Positions 23,501 to 36,336 of a stretch of DNA of 64,000 nucleotides are shown here, in pieces. A model generated the notes under the pieces. That model worked only from the letters and a program-made list of their open reading frames with translations. It was not told the DNA's origin and did no database searches. The DNA is from Hormiphora californensis (Eukaryota > Animalia > Ctenophora), in the NCBI GenBank assembly GCA_020137815.1, contig CM035350.1, positions 2,232,001 through 2,296,000 on the forward strand. Direction: 5' to 3'. The position numbers and the translations under genes are program-made. Within the stretch, counting starts at the first letter, position 1; each line of letters opens with the position of its first letter.

Positions 23501-26500
23501 TTTCTCAAAAACCCTATTTGGGATTAGATTAAATCTTTTTCTAATCGACTAGGCTAATCCTGAGCTTTCGAAAATGCACCCTATAGATATAGATCTGATG
23601 AACACTTAATTTTTTGGTTAATTAGGCTAATTACTACTTAATTAACTAATTTTGAAAAAAGGAATAGCACGGGATACTAAATTACTAGATGACTGAAAAG
23701 TTTGAAATCGATATCTCAAAAACTGTGGCTACAATCTAAGTTTGTCCAAATAGCCCCAACCTCGGTCTGATTTACATCGCAGATTTACAGCTGGGGCAAT
23801 GTGGTGTGTCGCGGTCACGTGATTGAATGCGCGCATTGTGATTGGTCTAGAAGCCACTAGTCCAAATTGCCCCGTGTCTCGCGATCAAAAATATCCCGAC
23901 TTACCTTCATTAACAAGGTTAATTAGCTATCTAAAAGTTATGTTTTCGATTCAAATTTGTTCTGAGGCTCAAGATAAAGGTTCAGTTGCACAAATTGAGT
24001 AGCTAACTAATTGATTAAGTAAATTAATGGCTCTTGAAATACCAATTGAATGCCAAAACCGTCCAAATTACCCCGGTCTACCCTAACTATATCTCCCGTA
24101 TGACAGGTGCAAGCCGCTGAGTGTGCTATGGGGCAAGTTCCCCCAGTTTTCTGCCAAGAATTCTGTTATTTTCGATGACGTCAGACACAACTTTTTAATG
24201 GCACCTCGCAGTGGTCTTCGGGTAAGGAAATAGTTTGCTAGAATTTACAGCCATACATGGTTGTAAATTTTGCTGAGAGGCATAATGGCATGGCCATGCT
24301 CCTTTATAAAATCTCCATCGATAAGAGTGTTCCTATATGCTCCTTCATAAAAACAACCACTCCACAGATAAGGGCATTCCGACATGCACACCAGAACAGG
24401 ACGACAGATCGTGAACTGCTGAAACTGGCCCGATATTTGATGCTCATTGCCGAGAAATCTGATTTCACAAAACTAAACCACGACAGATGGGAAAGGTAAG
24501 GAAATGATAAAGGAAGAAGTGTTTGAATGAGTGGGGGGGGGCCGGCTGAAGTTTTTGAAGTTTGAAGTTTTCCACCCTACTTTTTGAGTTTTTGAAGTTT
24601 TTGAAGTTGACTTCAAAAACTTCAAAAACTTCAAAAACTCTAAACTACTTTTATATGCTATCAGTGACTATTATTACACTTGTTTAGGTTAGTTTAATGC
24701 TTAATACATAGTGTGGCAAAGTTATCCGTCCTTGTCTGCCCTTTTTCCACCGCAAATTAGGATATTTACAATGATTCCTAGCCGTGAAATCCATGGCACA
24801 ATTTGGTGTAAAAAGTTTAAATTTTTTGTAAAAACTGATTTTATTTTCATTCTATAACTCAAACAAGAATTATTGCATTATGTGTTCATAATGCTGAGTT
24901 TCCCTGCCCTACCGTTTCACATGTCAGTGACATGACATTGTCACTGCCAACAGGATCAAGGCTTGGTCATAATGTAATGTGAGATGCATACGATCTAGCA
25001 CACACGTCCATCAAACTGTGTCAATGAGGTGTTTGATGAAGGAGTAGCTCGTCACTGTGTGCGCGGCTCTAGTTGCTACACCGTTGCCCCTCGCAACGAA
25101 AGTGTGACCAAAATGGTCCCTCTACCGATTAGTTAGTATACCAAAATGTCGTTTTCGAATTCTAACCCTGCTATGCCTTTTTACAAAGTAAAAAGGCATC
25201 CGGGTGAATGCCTTCGGCATTCACCCGGGCAGGGAAAAAATTGCCTAGAAAATGCTAAGAAAGTGTTAAAAAAATTATAAAGTAAATTTTCAAAATTTTT
25301 TTTTGGGGCCACACCCTTTTTGCCAGTTTCACAAAATGCAAGTTTTTTATGAAGGGAGTAGTGAAAAAAATATGGACACTAAAATCATCAGCGGCCTCGA
25401 GTTAGTGGGGGTACGTGCCAAAATGAAGTCTCCACCTCATCTAATTCGAGGGATAATGGGATATTTTCATAATTTTGTGTGTGCGCATGACTTTTTTGGG
25501 CTAGACCAGTTTTAATGGTTTATGAGTGACTATAGGCTTTTTAAAGGGGTGCATCTTGTTCGGAATACGCAACTTTATATAAGAGTTATGGGCAGGTCGG
25601 TAGAACTTCGACAGAATTTAGGGTAGGTCAATTTAGGGTAGGTCTGAATTTAGGGTAGGTCTGAATTTAGGGTAGGTCTGAATTTAGGGTAGGTCTGAAT
25701 TTAGGGTAGGTCTGAATTTAGGGTAGGTCTGAATTTAGGGTAGGTGAATTTAGGGTAGGTCTGAATTTAAGGTAGGTTCGTAACGTATTGTTTATCAAAG
25801 CATTGCAATTCGACATTAGGTTCTGATTAGGTCGCTGAACCGCGTCCCGTATCTCGTATCAACTCATTTCAATTCGATCTTAGTCACCGATTAGGTCGCT
25901 GAACCACGTCCCGTATCTCGTATCAACTCATTAAAATTCGAGGTTAGACACAAATTAGGTCCCTGAACCGCGTCCCGTATCTCGTATCAACTCATTTCAA
26001 TTCGATCTTAGTCACCGATTAGGTCACTGAACTGCGTCCCGTATCTCGTATCAACTCATTGCAATTCGATCTCAGTCACCGATTAGGTCACTAAACCACG
26101 TCCCGTATCTCGTATCAACTCATTGAAATTCGATCTTTGTCACCGATTAGGTCGCTGAACCGCGTCCCATATCTCGTATCAACTCATTGGAATTCGAAGT
26201 TTGACACAAATGTTTTTTTTTTCTTAAACAGGTTTCAACTCAGGATGGAACGTGCATAAACTAATAATTTCATTTGATGCGATACGGAACACAGTCTACC
26301 GACCTAACTCAGTTCACCTACTTTAAGTAGAACTTAGTGTCGGTGACTAAGATGGAATTGCAATGAGTTGATACGAGATACGGGACGCGGTTCAGCGACC
26401 TAATCGGTGACTAAGATCGAATTGAAATGATTTAATACGAGATACGGGACGCGGTTCAGGGACCTAATTTGTGTCTAACCTCGAATTTCAATGAGTTGAT

Positions 26501-27689
26501 ACGAGATACGGGACGCGGTTCAGCGACCTAATCAGAACCTAATGTCGAATTGCAATGCTTTGATAAACGATACGTTACGGACCTACCCTAAATTCAGACC
26601 TACCCTAAATTCAGACCTACCCTAAATTCAGACCTACCCTAAATTCAGACCTACCCTAAATTCAGACCTACCCTAAATTCAGACCTACCCTAAATTCAGA
26701 CCTACCCTAAATTCTGTCGAAGTTCTACCGACCTGCCGAGTTATGAAGCAACATAGGGCCTATCTCCAACGGTTTAGGAGATATGAGTTTTTGAAGTTTT
26801 TGAAGTTTTTGAAGTTTTCCACCCTAAGTTTCTCTTTGAAGTTTTTGAAGTTGACTTCAAAAACTTCAAAAACTTCAGCCGGCCCCCCTCCGAATGAGTG
26901 GGTGGAGGTCATTATTGTAATAGGTTCATTGACAGAAGTGTGAGCTGAGCAAGGGAAATAGTTCCGCCCCGAATCCTGCAGCAGAAGTGCAACTCAAGCA
27001 AAATATTATTTGAGAGAATGATCTGCAAATCACTGAGTAACTAACGCAATGTAGAACTAAGATACATTTCAAAAAGGCAGAGTGATATATATCTAAACAG
27101 ATCTAGCACACTGTGTATGCATGTGATCAGTGTGTGTGAGAGGGAGGGTGCTTGAGGATCTATAGTTCAGCTTTTCTTCTGTAGTGTGCTGATACAGATA
27201 GCTCTATTATTCTCACAAGCGGGTGTGTCGTCAGCACTTGTTATAGAGGGGGATAGAGATTGGAAAACAATGAATGATATAGAGGGGGATAGAATTGGGG
27301 AACAATGAATGATATAGAGGGGGATAGAATTGGGGAACAATGAATGATATAGAGGGGGATAGAATTGGGGAACAATGAATGATATAGAGGGGGATAGAAT
27401 TGGGGAACAATGAATGATATAGAGGGGGATAGAATTGGGGAACAATGAATGATATAGAGGGGGATAGAATTGGGGAACAATGAATGATATAGAGGGGGAT
27501 AGAATTGGGGAACAATGAATGATATAGAGGGGGATAGAATTGGGGAACAATGAATGATATAGAGGGGGATAGAATTGGGGAACAATGAATGGATGCAACT
27601 AAACACATCTCCTCCCCTCAAGATACTGCGAGAAACACGGGGTGACATTTGATGATCTGATTGCCAAGTCACCAGATGAAGGTCAGTGA
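20554..27689 (+). CDS. UBLCP1: Ubiquitin-like domain-containing CTD phosphatase 1 (proteasome phosphatase), about 7 exons
   Basis: [47 protein letters not shown] motif [60 protein letters not shown]|RYCEKHG..EGQ*. Last exon 27623-27689. Confidence 0.92.
20768..21306. repeat. ~23-bp minisatellite (GTCACGTGCTCAGTGTGTCACAA)n in UBLCP1 intron 1
   Basis: More than 20 tandem, slightly variable units; most contain CACGTG. Confidence 0.95.
22410..24083. mobile_element. Non-autonomous Tc1/mariner-pogo-type DNA transposon (~1.67 kb) in a UBLCP1 intron
   Basis: Perfect 26-bp TIRs GGGTAGACCGGGGTAATTTGGACGGT / ACCGTCCAAATTACCCCGGTCTACCC, flanked by TA on both sides (22408-9, 24084-5). Repeated subterminal GGGGCAAT(T/G)(T/C)GGAC motifs. 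No transposase ORF. Confidence 0.9.
24534..26891. mobile_element. Non-autonomous Mutator/MULE-like element with 9-bp TSD in the last UBLCP1 intron
   Basis: TIRs GGGGGGCCGGCTGAAGTTTTTGAAG.. / ..CTTCAAAAACTTCAGCCGGCCCCCC; direct repeat GAATGAGTG at 24525-24533 and 26892-26900; subterminal TGAAGTTTT repeats. Confidence 0.85.
25591..26737. mobile_element. Foldback-type element (Merlin- or MULE/Foldback-like) nested inside the MULE-like element
   Basis: TIRs GGCAGGTCGGTAGAACTTCGACAGAATTTAGGG / exact reverse complement; 8-bp TSD GAGTTATG (25583-90, 26738-45). Arms consist of 17-bp (GAATTTAGGGTAGGTCT) and ~62-bp tandem repeats in mirror orientation. Confidence 0.9.
27243..27590. repeat. 35-bp minisatellite (AACAATGAATGATATAGAGGGGGATAGAATTGGGG), about 9-10 copies
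   Basis: Near-perfect tandem units just upstream of the last UBLCP1 exon. Confidence 0.95.
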
Positions 27690-28132
27690 GACAACACACG
27701 TGCTTGTTGGTATTTTGTGTAAGGAGGGACATTTGTTAGATGATGTAGTTGCAACCGGGATCTGGTTCCGATCTGGGCGATAAAATATGGCTTTCTTGGC
27801 TCCGATCCCGGTTGTAACTGCCCGCTGTGACTTGTTGTTGGGGTATATGACTACAGACTGTTGTTAGCGTTTGTTCGTGTCTGTTTGAACCTGTCTCTCT
27901 CGTGTGAATCTGTGAAATTGTTGATGTAAAATTGTTCTCTTTTCAGTTTTTGAACCCCGTTAATTAGACTGTTTATCATTCGTCAAATTCCAAACTGAGA
28001 GCAAACAAAAAAGATAAATAAAGTCTCCTATTTTAGTCACTTAGTCAGAAATTGTTCATAGACGCACTTATTCTATTAGCAGCACTGCGTATTCAGGTGC
28101 AGTATATAACTTTTCTCGATCACAGCTTCCTT

Positions 28133-28269
<137 letters not shown>

Positions 28270-28280
28270 TCTCCTCTCCC

Positions 28281-28370
<90 letters not shown>

Positions 28371-28377
28371 CTTTCTC

Positions 28378-28436
<59 letters not shown>

Positions 28437-28437
<1 letters not shown>

Positions 28438-31234
28438 ACAAGCAGGCTGATCAACAGGCACGATATCAGCATCAGAGGCCAGGCTCTTCGCGTCCAGGTC
28501 AGAGGGACTCATCTTGTCTGCAGCTCCCTGTAGGGGTAGAGAGAGGGTCAACCCACCTCGCGGTCTCACAGAACTACCGCCCTGAATGAAGAAATGTGAA
28601 TAGCATGTTTCCTAATGCAGTGAATTACTACCATGGGATCCTGCACTAATGTTTCCTAATATCCACCTAGATCGGATCTACTCACGCACGTTCTGTACAG
28701 CAGATTGGTCGACAGCACTCCTCGCTCCCCTCAGTTCGACTTCTAGATCTCGCTCCCCCTTTAACACATGGGTCAATAGACAGAGCAGGGCGGAGTTGGT
28801 AGCAGCATTCTTCTCTGCAGTCTCTCGCATAACCTCCAGGTTTTCACTAAGTAAGATAGAGGGTTAGCAAGGGGAAGATGTCAGATAAATGGGCCGCATA
28901 TATGATCTGATCATTATCTGTCAGAGCATTGGCCTGACAGATCATTGTCCTTACTTGATTTGTCGAAGTAGTTTGGTCTGTTCCAGCAGTTGCTCCTTAC
29001 CTATCCTCTCTTCTTCCTTTCTTTCCTCAGGGTCACCTGAAAATTCTATTAGAATAAAGATGCTAATTTGACAATTTTGAAACAGTAGCTGATGTTTTCT
29101 AAGAAAACACGAAGCCTATTTGTAGTAAGAGTAAGTGGTGGGACCACTTACTCAACAAAGGCCTGTATAAGGTCTTTATTTCGATGTTTTAGAGGCCTCA
29201 TATTATTATTCAAACTTTGAATAATGAGGCCTTTAAATCTAACTTTTAGTTTCCGGGAATAAATATAGTCGTTCTCTAGAAGCATTTCTTGGTTTCTCTC
29301 GTGATATATTGTGGAGAGCTATATGGCTGTATTATCATGTCCATTGTCCAACAAACTAACGTGGCGGGCTGAAGATGCTGAAGCGTTTCCTGTTTCTCAC
29401 GGGAACAATAACTGCTGGAAAATCCGCGGGAACGCAGCTCCCGTGCCGGGATCGTTCCCGGGCAGGAGGGGACACCAACCCGCTAGCAGGGGATGATGAG
29501 GAGGGTTCCTTGGTATAGGTGGCAACAATGATAGGACGCATGTCAGATCAACAAACAATTGATACTATCAACTTCGTGCAATTAATTCCCGTAATGCTTG
29601 CTCGAGAAAAAAAAAAGAGAGAGGACGTTTACACGGCCTACTCAACGTCCAAAGAAAGATTGGAGAGCATGGAGCTGAGAGGTGGGAGAGTCTCGGAAAG
29701 AGAGAGAGCAATCAGAGAGCTTGCTTCGCTAACGACACATGTGTGGGGCGGGATGTATGCTAATCGCGAGGAAGGAGTAGGAACGGAGTCTCCGTCTTGA
29801 GTGTAGTAGTTGTCATAGCAACCCAATCTAAAGATAGATCATTAACAAGCAGATCATTATACCTTCTTACAATCGGTAGAAACCGCCAGGAAGTTTTTAG
29901 TACAATAATGACCGCTTATCTATTAGACCAACAACTCAGAGGTCAGAGTCTGGTTAGGAAGAATAAAACCCGACCAGAATAAAATAAAAGCTGTTATACT
30001 GAAAACTAAGCAAACTGAAACACTGACCAACAGCCCAACACTCTTAGTCTTTAGATAAATCATAAAACCCAACAATGAAGTGTCGAAACACTGTAAACAT
30101 CACCCAAGTATTCAAACTCACATTCTAGGTAGGCAGGTAGGGTTGGTATTTTGGGGTGAACCATGCCCGTGTAGACTGCGTTCATGTGTTTCCCTATGTG
30201 GGTGTCACCCAGGCAGAGATGGAGTTGCTCATGGTGAGGTCCACTACATACACGTCTCTTGAACAATCTGGGAGAGAGAGAGGAAGGGAGATATTTGGGA
30301 GGGGGAGGCAGCTCTACTGCACAGGACCTGGCGTGTCTAGACCCTCCCGTTAGCTCCTCAGAGATGTGCAATGATATTACCTGTTGGCATTTCTGTCACA
30401 CTGGTATCGCTCTATGAGCTGGTACATCTTGTCCCAGCACTGGTGGGGGGTCCGGTACTGGTACCTCTGGGTGTACTTCCGGGATAGCCTCTGAAACATG
30501 CAGTGATTAGTGAGTTCTTGTTTACAACATTTTCAACAGATTAACAGAAGAGAGGACATTGTCTTTGCCCGGCCTTCTCCTATACTGCCTCTACATTTAC
30601 AGAAGCTGATTCCAACATGTGAACAGCTAACAGTGTAATACCTGGAAATCAATATGATCATCCCCGTATTCCTCAATCTGTTCCCGATACAGACTAATCA
30701 GGTGGTCCACCTCCTCCTTATCCCAAGGTCCCATCTTGGCCTCCTTAGGAGGGGGTGAGGGCGGCAGGGGCTCTGGGGTAGGCGGGACAATCTCCTTTCC
30801 TGTCCACTTACCAGTCAACTTTTTACGATAGTTGGCTAGTTGCTCAGACAATATCACATCACTCCTGTAGGAACTATGTCAGGGGGTTGCTTGACTCTCT
30901 CTCTCTCTCCTCGCCCTTTTTTATAAAGAAAAAGGGTTTGAACAAAAAACAAAAGGGGGGAGTCTTGTTCATTAGCTGTAGTATGTAAACGGTGGTGGTG
31001 GTTTCTCACCCCTCTTCATCTCTGTTCTGGTCTGACCTGAGAGCGCCCAATTCTCTTATGTTAATGAGGTTTCTCAGTCCATCCTTTGCGGCTTTCTGCT
31101 GTTTATTCAAACTGTCTGATCCAGATGCAAAGAGGGCCACTATCTCTCGGTATCTGTACCCGTGCTCTTCCTGTTAGATAGTATGAGAGTCGAGTGATCA
31201 GAGCCCCGGTTAGAGAGTGGTTCTCTCTCTTTCA

Positions 31235-31313
<79 letters not shown>

Positions 31314-32530
31314 ACTTTCTCTCTCTGGAATACTAAGTATATATGCTTGGCAGAGATAAAAGATCTAAGTAAATGTAGCTTTACTGGAGCCAGCAGCTAG
31401 GTATAATACCTCAAGTGAAATGACTGCTGGGTGGGAGATATTCATCTCTCTGCAGATTCTTCCTATCGTGTAAAGGTTATCAATCGCCTTCATTGGATCT
31501 CGGTGGTCTATCAAGTCACTCACACTGATCGGATCAGATACACCAAAACTCTTACTCCATCTAGACAGGGAGCATTTGTAGATTTATTTTAGTTTGAAAT
31601 TAATCTACCGAAAAAATTCAATTGCCCTTCCTCTCTTTATAACTTGCTGAGGGGTATAGTACTGCCCACGCCCCACGTACTGCATGGCGCCCTCGGACAG
31701 TTGGCGGCAAATTGAAAGACTGTTTCCAATTGTGTTCTTTACCATGAACAGTCTTTCAATCTGCCGTAAACTGTCTCACTGAGGATTGAATATAATCGAC
31801 CGAAGAAAGTTTTTGTAAGAACTAAATAATATGAAGCGGGGCGGAGCTGAACCATGTTGGCAGGGGCGGTGGTAGGCTAGACTATTTGGCGAAACTACTA
31901 ATGCGAGCTAAACTATGTGACTGCACAGTCTGCAGTTCACACTGCACATACCTGATAAATGTTTCAATGTTGATCCTCGCAAAGAAAACACTGTTTCCAA
32001 TATTCTCCCTGAAGTGAACCTGTCTGAAGGTATCTCCCGACTTTTCACATTTCATTCTGTTGATCGCGTTGATCAGCCGACACAGCACAATCCCATCTTG
32101 GAGACACTGAGAGGGGTAATATCAGTTAAACCCGTGGAATCATCCTGTAGGTTTAGTCAGACATCCTATTCTTCACTTATAGTAGCTCACCGAGAAGAAC
32201 TGCTCTATCTCGATGCATGAGTTAGTGATGTCAGCTATCCAGGTGCACAGATCCACAGCCAGGGGCACGTTCTCTACATCCACTAGAGAGGTCAGGAGAG
32301 GTCCAATGGGACGCAGTTGGGCACCACCGGATTGGGCTGCCACTGCAGTAGGGCTCTTCTTATCATCTGAGGGGAGATAGAAGTGTTTATGAAGGAGCAC
32401 ATGGTAGTCTTTCTGTAGATTGTCGGGTTCAGTATGGTGCCTCACCCTTGGTAGACCTAGAAGCAGTCTTGGAATGGGTTATCGGACTGGAGCTGTGAGG
32501 TCGTGTTACCTTTGTCAACTTCATCTAAAT
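28437..32530 (-). CDS. Multi-exon protein: GAS2-type calponin-homology domain + trihelix Myb/SANT-like domain + coiled coil (termini uncertain)
   Basis: PLAVDLCTWIADIT..IEQFFS|SLQDGIVLCRLIN..FFARINIETFIR|WSKSFGV..DL..IGRI..PAVISLE matches the GAS2 CH pattern (PLKEDLALWL..LDNGALLC..FFARDN..WCRDLGV..LE). Then PWDKEEVDHLISLY..DFQ|RLS..RTPHQCWDKMYQLIERY..C..HHEQLHLCLG (trihelix). Splice phases across the CH-to-Myb junctions were checked and are consistent. Confidence 0.75.
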
Positions 32531-33817
32531 AATATCTCTCACTGTCTCGCTACCTCTCCATCCCCATGGTAACTAACTCGGGACTTACTTTTAACTAGAT
32601 CGATTGTGTTTCGCCACGTACTCATGGTTTGTGAAGATGTAATGGAAAGGAGAGAACCAAGCAATTGCAAGCACATCTGATATATTATGTTTAGACTGGC
32701 TTATTTACCCAGTATACAAAGGTTTCATGTCTACCCAGCGGCACATGGAATTTTGTAATCCTTGTATCTCATTGGTTGTAACCTGGAAAATTAAACCACC
32801 TGGATCTAATCCAAAGAGCGGGAAATGGAAGGGGGAGAGAGATAGAGAGATAGAGAGATAGAGAGATAGAGAGATAGAGAGATAGAAAGAGGGAGGGAGG
32901 AAGAGAGATGCACGTGGGTGGTGATCTCATATTGTAGGCACAATTAGAAATCTGCATTAGCTATACCCTGATGGAATACCATGCTCTATTTTCATTACAG
33001 AGAGAATACTCCGTAGGCCGCAACATATGCCGAACAGGCCGCTGAATTTTCTATCTCTTTCTTTCTTATTTTCTCTTTCTATCTCTTTCTCCCTCTCTCT
33101 CTCTAATTTCTATCTCTCTCTTTTCCTCCCTCTTTTTATTTCATATTGGTTTCTGGAGAATAATGGCTGCCCGCTTGTAAGCATAACTAATGAAAAGATT
33201 ACAAGATTTCACCCATGATCCCATCTGACCCCCAACAAGAACTGAACTAGGACTGAACTCTGAACAGTGTTTAACGATTACTTAGCTCATATCTCTTTAA
33301 TAGGGATCCCCTTATAATCGACGGGTCATTAGCAGGGACAATTGGCAAGCTAAACGGGGTCCTGGATCATAAATACATGGTTACAAGCCCTTCAGGCTCT
33401 CTCTTGCTCTCTTCCTTCTCATCCCCCCCACTGTGTGTGGTCTTTCCTCAAAGGGCGCATTATGTATTATATGCAAACATCCTTCTGTTCCCGAGAATTG
33501 AACACTTTTATAAAAATGTAATTCTCAAATTATGAGCTTGAAACTTGTTCAATTAGGGCCAGGGGCGAGAGACCCCCTCAACAACTTGAAATAGGGACAG
33601 TGGGACGGCAATCATGGAATGGACTCATCAGATGAGTGTATATATTCCTGCTGAACTATAATAGGGGACCTCTGTATTATATTCAATAGAGTCCTCAGTC
33701 CCCACTCTAATTAAGGGCTCTCCAGTCGACCAGGCCTCATTACTCAAGGCTATGCCATAATTAGTACCTACATATAACAAGTCTATGGTACCTCTGTCAA
33801 AGTAGTAGTCGGAAGGT

Positions 33818-34141
33818 TTAATTGTCAAACATGTCAGTCCCGAGAGGTCCGAAGAGCTCTTTCTGCCCCGTGAGCCCATTGTAGATCATGCCATTGGGCA
33901 TGGAGAGGCGTCTCTCTAGTCGGGGTGGGCCTGGTGAGGTGGGGGAGGTAGGGGAGGTGTCTGTTGTACCGTTCTGATCGTTGATCCTGTTCTTACTACC
34001 AGCCTTCTTCATCCCTCCACTGGTAGAGGAACTGGTGACACTGTCCCTGCGGCTGGGTACCGGTGCTGCACTCTGATCGACCGTGGGACGGCGTCCTCCC
34101 TTTCCGTTCTTTGCTTTCGTCGGGGTCGGCTTGCTCGACAT
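33818..34141 (-). CDS. Small (~107 aa) basic, low-complexity protein of unknown function
   Basis: ATG ORF MSSKPTPTKAKNGKGGRR..RRDS..SPTSPTSP..RRLS..MFDN*, with several PKA/proline-directed-like sites and an upstream acceptor (ctgcag). No family recognised. Confidence 0.45.
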   Translation of the reverse strand: MSSKPTPTKAKNGKGGRRPTVDQSAAPVPSRRDSVTSSSTSGGMKKAGSKNRINDQNGTTDTSPTSPTSPGPPRLERRLSMPNGMIYNGLTGQKELFGPLGTDMFDN

Positions 34142-34384
34142 CACTACTGACAACAACAAGATGTGTAACTGATGTAGCTGGAAGTAGTACTAAAACGGCC
34201 AAGGTTAAGCACGGGGAAGATTTACAAGCTGCAGTAATTGAAAAGTATTTAACAAAAACCTAAGAAGAAAATGACAGACAACCCATGGGGGAAAAGAAGG
34301 GTCGTTTAAAAGCGTTGGGATACATCCGGCCTCCTTAGACCCTCATCTTTATCATCTGAAACTATTAAGTTTTGGGTAAGAGGA

Positions 34385-34431
<47 letters not shown>

Positions 34432-34658
34432 GAGGGGAGAGAGGAAGGAGAAAACCCCCCCCCCCCCTTTTTCGAGGAAGATCCCAAGAAAGGCTAAAGC
34501 CCCAGTTCTCCTTCAACAAGAAGGAGAAAAAAGGGGTAAAAGCTCAAACTAAGTCACTTCCACATAGGAAGGAAGGGACAAGCCCAAGAACGAGAAGGTT
34601 GTGGTTGAACATGTATGTCAAGATGCCTCTCTCTAACTCTCTTCTCTATGTATATATT

Positions 34659-34724
<66 letters not shown>

Positions 34725-36336
34725 TCCCTCTCCTGAAAGATGACGGGGGCACACAATTGGTATCTCAACATGTAGCAATTGAGAACATGATAAGGAGCCT
34801 TATGTAATGGAGCTGAGTGTGCTTCTCCAGACAACAACACAAGCAAGGCCCCGATATGATGGTGATGACCTTCTGCAGTAGGACAATCCCATGGAAGAGA
34901 GCGGTTCACGGACACTACAATAGCAGGAGTCCAGATTTGAACAGGTTGTTAGCCCCCCCCCCCCCCCCAACACATATCTGAACGGCGTTATATGCACTTG
35001 GTTTACACATAATATAGTACGATAATTATATGGATCCTTTCTTCATCCATGCACCTCCCCTTCATATCATACGTGTGATGTAACACAACGAAATGAATGT
35101 GATACAAGGTGGAATATGGAAGATCATGAATTGTTCATCTATAGTTCATTCAAACGGATTCAAACACAGAATCACAATATCTATGATTCCTTGATAAAAA
35201 AAGGATTTTCAACAGAAATTCCCCCATCATTCAAATCGTTTTATACTTTTTCCTTTATATTTTTCAAATTATTTCTTTCGTTTTTATTCATGAAGTATTC
35301 TTTTATTAATTTTGATTCTCTTTGCCGTTGCGAGTCATCGCACTTTACTCGAATTTCCACTCAATTTCAATAGCTTTTCCTTTCTTCTTTCGCTCTTACT
35401 CCCTTCCTCCTCCTATGTGAGCAATACACAGACACATCAGGCATTATTTAATGATCCCAAACTCGCGTGGAACATTTCCTTTCTTTCTTCTTTGTCCACA
35501 TGTCTAGTTTTGCACACATTTCTCTCGGATCAAATGGAGTTCAAATGTCCCCGGACTCCACTCCTGATGGAGTGTCGCCACAAGGGGGATTTCTCCAAGA
35601 TAATACAACCAGGTAACGCACTTTCTGGAATCTGGCGGTACCGACCCGATCTGAGGATCAAAACGGGTTCTGGTGCTGCCAATCAGGTGTTTCAAGCGTT
35701 CTCCTGATTCTTTGGAGAAGTATTTCCATTGTGGTATAGTTGGGTGGTATCCTTCGTGGGGTGACTCTGCCACGAAGGATACCACCCAACTACAACAATG
35801 ACTTTCCTGCTCATCTCATTCTTCACTCTTTAGAGGAGAAGGATTTTCAAGCATTCTTATTTTACCTACCTATGAAACTAACCAATGACACCACAGTACT
35901 GAACGGGCATTAGATCGCCTTGTGACCGGCACCCTAGCTGCGGGGTTACGAAACCTTGTCCCGGGCCTACCACCGGACCCGGAATCCCCCGGAAATAAGA
36001 CGAAGCACCGTCCAAGCAAATGGCGCCAGATGCGGAGAGAGGGGAGCAGCTCCACGTGTGACTTGGACGAGAGGTACATGAGAAAGTATGAGAGGGGGTG
36101 AGCTAGAAGGAGAAAGGGAAGGAGAGAGAGACAGATAACTTCTCTTTCTCTCTGAGAAGTAGTGAGAGATAAAGATAGAGAAATGTTATAATTACATTTA
36201 CCACTGATTGGCACATTGCAATCATCGCTTTTTGATTGTACTCACATTGTACTGTGCTCTTGTGAGTCATTGTGTGCTCGATATATAATTGACAGTTATG
36301 GTGGATTTTGTTGCGCCCTCGGCAGTATTTAGTAAC

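Noticed and set aside
25615-25775. Interstitial telomere
   Set aside because: TTTAGGG occurs only as part of a 17-bp unit inside a TIR/TSD-bounded element, not as a pure telomeric run.
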